In this document: piece after piece, positions 21,258 through 29,835 of the stretch | How positions within the stretch are numbered: the first letter of the stretch is position 1 | Layout of the letters: each line of letters begins with the position of its first letter | Assembly: GCA_054661495.1 (NCBI GenBank) | Contig: BAAFSQ010000023.1 | Coordinates: 30,001-62,000 of the forward strand | Reading direction: 5' to 3' | Length of the DNA stretch: 32,000 nucleotides | From: Zygophlyctis sp. KS116 | Lineage: Eukaryota > Fungi > Chytridiomycota | Position numbers and translations under genes: made by a program | Notes under the pieces: model-generated | The model's input: only the letters and a program-made list of their open reading frames with translations | What the model was told of the DNA's origin: nothing | Database searches by the model: none

Positions 21258-23738
21258 ATGAATCTGTTTTCTATTTCTCGCCGCAGTCTTGCGTCTTTAG
21301 GCAAAGTTTCCATGTCTCAATTTGAGAAGGAAACTTTTGTAAACTATGAGCGCATTCAAAATAATTTGGCTATTGTCAAGGATCGGTATATTTATCTATT
21401 TTAAATTTTATAGATTGGGGCATCCATTGACTTTGGCAGAGAAGATCATTTATGGGCATTTAGATGATGCAAAAAATCAGGATATTAAACGTGGTTCTTC
21501 TTACCTCAAATTAAGGCCAGATAGAGTTGCTTGTCAAGATGCAACAGCACAAGTAAATCATTTTTAAGAATTAATGTAAGATGGCACTTTTGCAATTTAT
21601 GTCTGCGGGATTACCAACTGTGGCTGTTCCCACGACTGTACATTGTGATCACTTGATTGAAGCTCAAATTGATGGGATAAAGGATTTAGAACGAGCAAAG
21701 AATATGAATAAAGAAGTTTATGATTTCCTCGCTTCTTGTTCGGCAAAGTATGGAATCGGTTTTTGGAAGCCTGGATCTGGTATTATTCATCAGATTATTT
21801 TGGAAAATTATGCTTTTCCAGGTGGTCTAATGATTGGTACTGATTCTCATACTCCAAACGCTGGTGGGCTTGGAATGGCAGCTATTGGTGTTGGTGGAGC
21901 TGATGCTGTAGATGTTATGGCTAATATTCCTTGGGAATTAAAGTGTCCAAAGGTTATTGGTGTAAAGTTGACTGGAAAGCTAAATGGTTGGACTTCTGCT
22001 AAAGGTAAATCTTATAATTCTAATTTTCAAGATGTTATCTTGAAGGTTGCAGGTATTTTGACTGTAAAGGGTGGCACAGGAGCTATAGTCGAATATTTTG
22101 GGCCTGGGGTTGACTCTATTTCATGTACTGGAATGGCAACTATTTGTAATATGGGTGCTGAAATTGGTGCTACTACCTCTGTTTTCCCTTTTAATTCTAG
22201 AATGGCTGATTACTTGCGTGCTACCAATAGACCAGGAATCGCTGCTTCTTCAGAAGCATTTAAGCATAATTTAACCCCTGATGCAGGAGCTAAATATGAT
22301 CAAGTTATTGAAATTGACCTGAACACCCTAGAACCACATATCAATGGACCTTTTACACCAGATTTGGCTACTCCATTAAGTAGTTTCAAGAATGCTGTTG
22401 TTAAAAATGGTTGGCCTGCCGAACTCAAGGTTTTTAAATATTCGTTAATATATTTAGGTTGGTTTGATTGGTTCATGCACAAATTCTTCTTACGAAGACA
22501 TGGCACGTTCAGCATCTCTCGCTGATCAGGCAATTAAAGCCGGTGTCAAGCCTAAAGCAAAATTCACCATCACTCCTGGATCAGAGCAAATTAGAGCGAC
22601 TATTGAAAAGGATGGACAAGCTGCAGTTTTCCGCAAGAGTGGAGGTGTTGTTTTGGCAAATGCTTGTGGTCCATGCATTGGACAATGGGATAGAAAAGAT
22701 GTCCAAAAAGGAGAAAAGAACTCAATTATAACTTCATATAATCGTAATTTCACTGGAAGAAATGATGCCAATCCCGCAACTCATGCGTTCGTTGCCAGTC
22801 CAGAGGTATGCCTTTTTTTTGTAATATAAAGCTGGTAACTGCTATGGTCTTTGCTGGTGATCTTCGATTTAATCCTGTGACTGATACACTCAAAACTGCT
22901 GACGGGAAAGATTTTAAGTTTGAAGCCCCTCATGGAAATGAACTCCCTCCTCGTGGATATGATCCCGGAGAGAATACTTACCAAGCTCCCCCAGCCAATC
23001 GCTCAGCAATTGAAGTTAATGTTGATCCAAAATCCAATAGATTGGAGCTTTTGACGCCTTTCTCAAAGTGGAACGGAAAAGATTATGAAAACATCCCTAT
23101 TCTTATAAAAGTCAAGGGAAAATGTACGACTGATCATATTTCGATGGCCGGCCCTTGGCTAAAGTATCGTGGACATTTGGATAATATTTCAAATAATATG
23201 CTTATTGGTGCTATCAATATTGAAAATGGTAAACCCAATCTAATCAAAAACATTTTGAATGGACAATTCGAACCAGTCCCTAAAACTGCTCGTGCTTACA
23301 AGGCCAAAAATCTTCCTTGGGTAGTCATTGGTGATGAGAATTACGGAGAAGGTTCTTCTCGTGAACATGCCGCTTTAGAAGTTCGCCACTTAGGAGGAGT
23401 TGCTGTGATTGTCAAATCTTTTGCCCGTATTCATGGTAGGAACTTAAATTCTAATTATAGAAACAAATTTGAAGAAACAGGGAATGTTGCCATTGACTTT
23501 TGCTGATCCTAAAGATTATGATAAAATTGATCCCACTGATAAAGTTTCAATCGTTGGTCTAGGATCTTTTGCTCCTGGAAAATCATTGACCTTGAAGGTT
23601 CACAAAGCTAGTGGAAGCTCGATCGACATCAAGGTATGAGACAAATTTGTTATTTATGTTTAGTTGAATCATACCTTTAATGAGGGTCAAATTGATTGGT
23701 TTAAAGCTGGATCTGCTCTCAATAAAATGGCTGCTTGA
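21258..23738 (+). CDS. ACO1: Mitochondrial aconitate hydratase
   Basis: Motifs [82 protein letters not shown]; presequence-like N-terminus. Introns 21386-21413, 21553-21580, 22005-22031, 22430-22457, 22806-22831, 23436-23460, 23634-23663. Confidence 0.98.
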
Positions 23739-23816
23739 GTCATTTTTTAAGACGAATGAATTTTCATTGATTTTATTGAGATTCGGAGAAAATTCAGTTC
23801 TCTTTCGCGTCAAGTA

Positions 23817-24853
23817 ATGATCTTCTTTCAGTTATCGATCCTCACTCTGTCATTCTTTAGCATCGCATCTATTAAAGTCCAATTGAATGTGACAGCACCA
23901 GTAGTGTTTGATCTCATCCAATCAAATTCTGATTTAAGCATTTTAAATTCGATGATGGACATGATTCCTGCCTTTAAGAGAAACGTAGCAAACGGGAATT
24001 TTACATTTTTAGCACCCACAGACACGGCATTGAAGGCATTTAATGAATCTAATCCTGATGATTTCGCCATCTTTGAATCTGATTCCAATTTTTTGACCGA
24101 TTTTTTACAGAGTAACATAACTAGCGATCTAATATTTAGGCTTGATAATACGTAATGCTGATATAATTAATGAAAACATTACAAATAGAACGTTTTATCA
24201 GACTGCCTCTGGGTCAACGATCAGAGTTGATGTGAAGGACGGATGGTTTATTGCCGGTACCGGATTTACTAATGGCAACATCACTAATGCTTTTGGAGCG
24301 TCCGATGGTGTTTTAGCTATTATTGACAGTATTATACTGCCTCCTCCATATATTTCTGATGTTGTTAGAAGTTTTTACAACTTTAAACTTCCAGATGGCG
24401 TCAACTTGACTGATTATGCTGATAATATTGACTCATTATATGCGATCACTATGTAAGATTAATCATGATAATCATAGCTTTCTCCCTATTGAAAAAAGTA
24501 TCAATGATACTTTACTTTTGTTGAATTCATCCAGCATTGTGTTATCTCAAGCCTTGATCACGTCTATAATGAATCTTCATATTGTGCCTAAAATCATGTA
24601 TAGTCAAGATTTAGTTTTTGACACGGCTCAAGAGATTACTACAGGTCTTCCAAAAAGCATAATGATAATTAACAATGGATTATCAATGTCTATTGCTGGA
24701 CAGGGCAATAAGGCTCTAGGTCAAGTGGTCGAAATGGATACAATAATCCGAGGAGGAGTAATTCATTGGATAGATACTATATTACTACCAGACTTATCAA
24801 TCTTGTCGAATGACCAGCAAACTGATAAAACCATATTCCCAGATTTCAATTGA
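23817..24853 (+). CDS. Secreted fasciclin (two FAS1 domains) glycoprotein
   Basis: Signal peptide MIFFQLSILTLSFFSIAS; FTFLAPTDTA (H1), GVLAIIDSIILPP (H2), ITIFLP, LHIVP, GVIHWIDTILLP; many NxS/T sequons. Introns 24112-24139 and 24453-24477. Confidence 0.85.
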
Positions 24854-24866
24854 ATAATAACACAAT

Positions 24867-26931
24867 TCAATCTTCATCAGAATATTCACCTTTGACCTTG
24901 CCAACTGCTCCTTGAGATAAATTTTCTGAATTGTCATTCAAAAGAGCATCTCTTTTCTTACACATAGCATCCATCTGCTCTTTCTTTTTGGGATCTGTCC
25001 CCCTTTTAAACTTTTCAGTAAAACATGTTTTAGGAGCTGGTTCAAGTCTTAAAATATCCTGATCATCTTGTTGTAGATCATGATAAAGCAAACTATCCGT
25101 GTTAATATTTTGAGGAGCTTGAGGCTGAATTGAAGCCTGGTTTGTAGATTCAGACTGGCCATTTTTGGATCCAGGATTCCTGGCTTCAGCTGAAACATTT
25201 GCCGGGTTAAGATTCTCTTTTCTACTATTGACTAACAAATTAATATTCATGACAGAAATACCACTAGAATTTTGATCCGTCGAATTTGAGCGATTTTGAT
25301 ACTGAATCATCTTGTTATTAATTTCCAACATTCTCAGCAGCTCCTCATGAGCAATTTTTGCAACATCTTCAATTGCATCAATTTCCTTTGCATGTGAAGT
25401 TGCTGATAAAAACAGCTTAGATCCTATTGATAACTGAGCAATCATTTCATGAACAATAAAAGGAGAAGGCCTTGTTGAAAACTTTGGAATTCCAAAAAAA
25501 GGATTTTCAATGGCCAATTCATAAACCATGGTTCCATATCTTCCCATATTAGAAGGAATACTCAATTTTGGAAGAGACTCTATACACTCTCTTCCAATCG
25601 GACCCTGCCTGTCATCTACACTTTTGCTTCTTTCTCTGCGAGGTCTTCTACGATTATTTCCTCTTGAGCGACTTCGTGACCTAGTTCTAGATCTACGTCT
25701 TCTGTGTCTATGAGATGGTGATCTAGAAAACGACCTATTTCTCCTTGACCGCACAGGTGAACGACTTCTTAAAGGAGGAAAATCATATGAAGGCCCTTGT
25801 CTAGAAAACTGTGGTCTTTCAGATCTAGAACTCCAATCCCCATAATCTTCAAGATCATGCCTACGCTCCATTATTCCCTCTGATTCCCCTTCATTTTTCC
25901 TATCAAAAACCACAACTAAATCTGGTTGTTCAGGCTTAACATTAGAAGAATGAGCATATCCAAAAGGAGAAGCAAAAGAAGAATCAACCACTGGTTGAGT
26001 ATGCCACATATTAGGCCCATTATAGTAAGAAGAGTAATTTTGATCCCTAAAATTCTGATAATTTGAATTTTGAACATCATTATTAAAAGAGTCCCTTGCA
26101 GGAGTATATTGATAATTTGAAAAAGAGTCTTGCCTATTATACGTGTCATTCATAGGTTCATCAAAATTTGGAGTTGGTACATCATTAGAATCATTTACAT
26201 TATGATAACTTTTCTCAGGAGGAAACCTAAAATGTGATTCTTCTTCTCTAGGCCTAATAACTCCTCTATCCTCTTTGTAATTCCTTGTCTCTTGAACCAT
26301 TAAATCTTTAAAACCAGAATCATTTTGAAAATGTTTAACAAACTGTTGATGTAAAACCTTTGGATCAATTTTATAAGCTTGCTTATTTTGAAGACATATT
26401 TTAATTTTATCATCTTGCATTAACCCCATAAAAGCCATTTTTGCTATATTTTCCTTTGCTTGAACTTTTTTAGAAAACTGAATTTCATCTATAAAACTCC
26501 TTCCTGCCACATAACATTCCCCTTTAAAAGGACCTAAAGAATCATTATTAAATCCCTTTATATTAAAATGCGGCATAGGAATCTGTACATCTATTTTTTA
26601 TAAATTTAAAAAACATACTTGTACACAATCCATTCAACTGATTTGTGTAATTTATCAATTTTTCCTTGCAAGAGTCTGTAAAGAATGGATTTCCTTTACT
26701 TTTAAAATAATTCCAAGCCTGACTAGCAACTGATTTTTTAGCTTCATTTTTAGATTTTTCAAAATTCCCATAAAACTTCAATTCATCAATTTCCAGAGTG
26801 CACTTGTAAATATAATTGTAGACAGAGAATTCCTCTTGTTCTTTTCCCTCTGCTTGATTTATAGTCCAGACTGGATGTACGAGACCAGCCTTTTGGCAGT
26901 ACAAGTGCAAAAGAGAAACATAATCTGCCAT
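24867..26931 (-). CDS. Protein with three dsRNA-binding-like domains and an RS-rich region
   Basis: dsRBD1 DYVSLLHLYCQK...YKCTLEI...KSKNEAKKSVA. dsRBD2 NYTNQLN...FKGECYV...KKVQAKENIAK. RS tract RSRSPVRSRR..RSRTRSRSRSR. Degenerate dsRBD3 YGTMVYE..PKF...AKEIDAIEDVAK. Intron 26591-26618. Confidence 0.7.
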
Positions 26932-27036
26932 TTTTCCTTGCAGCGTTTTAACTCTATATAAGCTATACTCTTAATACTCTTTATAGCACACAATAACAAG
27001 AAAATTCTATCAAAAAGTGACTGAAATTAATGAAAA

Positions 27037-27651
27037 ATGAGAATTCCAGACACATCACTCCCTCATTCCTTTACAGAATTCATTTGTTATTCAGTATTTA
27101 GACTATGGCATCATAAACCAGGGACTGGATCTCAATTCATTCCTCCAAAAGAATTAAATTCTGATTTTATTAAAATATCTCAACAGTTATTGTACCAAGT
27201 CTCATCTTGGACTCTCTTGCATTTAGCATTGCTATATATAGCAAAATTAAGAGTTGCTCTTCCAAAAACACTAACTTCAACTGGATCTGAATACAAAATT
27301 CTTGTGACTGCTCTAATTCTTTCGTTTAAATTCAATTCTGATAAAAATATTCCAAATAAATACTGGGCCGCTTGGGCAGGTTTAGAGCCTCTAGATACTA
27401 ATATAATGGAAATTGAATTTTTAAGTAGTTTGGATTGTAGACTATGGATAAAACCAAATGAATATGAAATTTGGAAAGATTCAATTTCAGTTTTGTATCA
27501 AGAATATTTACTATACAAGAGAGTCTTGGATTTAGAATCAGATTCTAAATCCAAGACTAACAATTCACTACCTAAATTATCTAGAAAAGGATCAATCAAG
27601 GAAATAGATAATTTACCACCAAAACTTCCAAGATCTAGGACGTGGAAATAG
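27037..27651 (+). CDS. Pho80/Pcl/Clg1-family cyclin
   Basis: Cyclin-box motifs LALLYIAKL, SEYKILVTALILSFKF.SD....NKYWA, NIMEIEFL..LD.RL.I. Intronless. Confidence 0.85.
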   Translation: MRIPDTSLPHSFTEFICYSVFRLWHHKPGTGSQFIPPKELNSDFIKISQQLLYQVSSWTLLHLALLYIAKLRVALPKTLTSTGSEYKILVTALILSFKFNSDKNIPNKYWAAWAGLEPLDTNIMEIEFLSSLDCRLWIKPNEYEIWKDSISVLYQEYLLYKRVLDLESDSKSKTNNSLPKLSRKGSIKEIDNLPPKLPRSRTWK

Positions 27652-28291
27652 ATTTGTATCTTGCACTCCAGTTTCCATTTGATGAAACTTGTTTAAAATA
27701 ATTTGATTTTGTTGATCTTAAAGATGATTTTGATTTAAAAGATTTTAAATTTGGTACAGATTTTGAAGAATGTAGTCTAGACACAACTTTTGATGATACT
27801 GTCCAACTTAATCTAACCCAATTATAGACTGCTATAGAAAATGTAATAAATGAAACTGCAGAAAATGTAATCCAAAATAATACAGAGAAAATTACTGTAG
27901 ATTCAATCAAGGAATGATAAATTTTGAAAAATATAGGAAGAGAGTAGAAAAATGATGGGATTCCTAATAGAATTATTAAATTATTTTGGTGTTGAATTGG
28001 TACATTTTGAGTCATTAAAGTAGCAAAAAGTATAGATACAGGAAGAAACAAGATACTAGTGATAAGATTTCCAAATACAAATGATAAAAGATAATAAATG
28101 AGATTTAATAGAGGAAGAGATGGTAGAATCAAGTTCAATTGTACAATTAAAATTATTAATTTCAAGGAAGAAGAGTCAATTTCTTCCTCTTCCTCTTCCT
28201 GTATAGATTCTATAGAGTCTTCCTTCCACGGATTAGATTCAAAAGGGCCATAGAGGCCGTAAAAGGAAGAATATGAAGATTTGTGATTCAT
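27635..28291 (-). CDS. Hypothetical multi-pass membrane protein
   Basis: Intronless ORF from ATG 28291 with an acidic E-run, 3-4 long hydrophobic segments and a basic Ser/Lys tail. No family recognised. Confidence 0.6.
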   Translation of the reverse strand: MNHKSSYSSFYGLYGPFESNPWKEDSIESIQEEEEEEIDSSSLKLIILIVQLNLILPSLPLLNLIYYLLSFVFGNLITSILFLPVSILFATLMTQNVPIQHQNNLIILLGIPSFFYSLPIFFKIYHSLIESTVIFSVLFWITFSAVSFITFSIAVYNWVRLSWTVSSKVVSRLHSSKSVPNLKSFKSKSSLRSTKSNYFKQVSSNGNWSARYKSISTS

Positions 28292-28360
28292 TTTCAAAAC
28301 AATTTCTTAGGGTTTACATTAATGACAAGGTCCAGGTGATCATGACCTGAGAGACTTGAA

Positions 28361-29724
28361 TTACACTCGTAGAATACAATCTACCCATTTATCAGAGTCT
28401 CCATGGGAATCATGAAAATGTAATATTCCCTGATTCATTAAAATATAAAATCTATAATCATCTATAGATACACTGTCCAGTAAGTCATTTCTAGACAATT
28501 CAGCCTCTACAATTTTTTTATCTAGGTTAATTATTAATATCTTGTCTTGTAAAAGGATGATTCCTCTATTACATAATTTAAGTTGAATTCTCTAAATAAT
28601 TAAGAAAAAGAAAAAGTTACGGTTTGTAAAATTCCAGATTTTACTATTGTTCTTGAGGGGTCGACAAATGATTCCAAGTTTACAATAGGTTCTTTAATTT
28701 GAATAGAAATATCTTGAAAAGAATCAGTAAAATCTCCATCTTTTGATAGTGTAATTGTTTTCACTGTTGAAATTTCATAATTTGATTGTTCTGTTAGAAT
28801 TGGAGCATCTATAGTTGTAAGTGAATTCCAATCAATTTCTTTATAGTATTCATGACTTTTTAAATCTTTTAAAGTTAATCTTTTAGCAGGATCTAAATTT
28901 AAAAAGAGTTTTAAAACATTCTTGGTTAGAGTATCAAAATTTAGAGGAAAAGAATACTCTAAATTTAGAATTTTTTGAAAAGTTAAATATTCTGAATTTC
29001 CTCTAAATGGATGTCTTCCAGCCAATAATTGAAATAAAACTACTCCTAAAGCCCAAATATCTGATTTATCCAAAGTTTCACGATCATTTAGTAATTCTGG
29101 TGAACAATATTCTGCTGTACCTACAAAAGAAGACTTTTTACAATGCAAACTATTAGATAAATTATCTTGTGGTTTATCTGTAATTTGATCTAGACCATCA
29201 GGCACACTACATCCATGTCCAGAAAGAATCCTAGCAGATCCAAAGTCTGTAATCTATTTTCTTAAATTAAAATAAACTACTTTAATATGCATTTTATGGT
29301 CTAACAGTATATTTTCTGGTTTAACATCCCTGTGCAATATTCCTTTAGAGTGTAAGTATTCTAGTCCTAAAGCCAATTGTCCAGTATAGAAGCATGCAGC
29401 CTGTTTATCCAAACAATGTAATTTCTTCAACAAGTTTAGCAGATCTCCATTTTCAGCGAGTTCTAGTACAAAATAAAGACAAGTAGCATCCTGAAAAGTA
29501 TAGAATAACTTTACGATCAGAGGATAATTGGTTTCATTGAGCACTTTCTTCTCGATATCAACATATTTGACTTTTTTCTCTCGAACGATTTGTTTCTTGT
29601 CCAAGACTTTGATGGCAAAACAAGAATCATTAGCGATTTCGGTTGCATAGAGTACATTAGAAAAAGATCCTTGGCCCAGCGATCGTCCAAACTTGAAGTC
29701 TGAAGGGACTCTTTTCCTTGCCAT
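28361..29724 (-). CDS. PKH1: PDK1/Pkh-type AGC kinase with C-terminal PH-like domain
   Basis: Motifs DFKFGRSLGQGSFS, AIKVLDKKQIVREKKVKYV..EK, HRDVKPENILLD..MHIKITDFGSA, SSFVGTAEYCSPELL, EYLTFQKI. Introns 29254-29280 and 28592-28620; last exon ends ..DKWVDCILRV*. Confidence 0.9.
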
Positions 29725-29835
29725 TCGAAATTAAAATTGTAACACAATCGCCCATCAACTTGGCACAACCATCGTCCCGTTCAAAACTCAATTTTAACTG
29801 TCCGTTTTGATTTTATTCTCAAGACAATTGCAAAC

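Noticed and set aside
29730-29775. Upstream ATGs (short uORF MVVPS*) before PKH1
   Set aside because: The TSS is unknown and 5' UTRs here are probably very short, so they cannot be shown to be transcribed.
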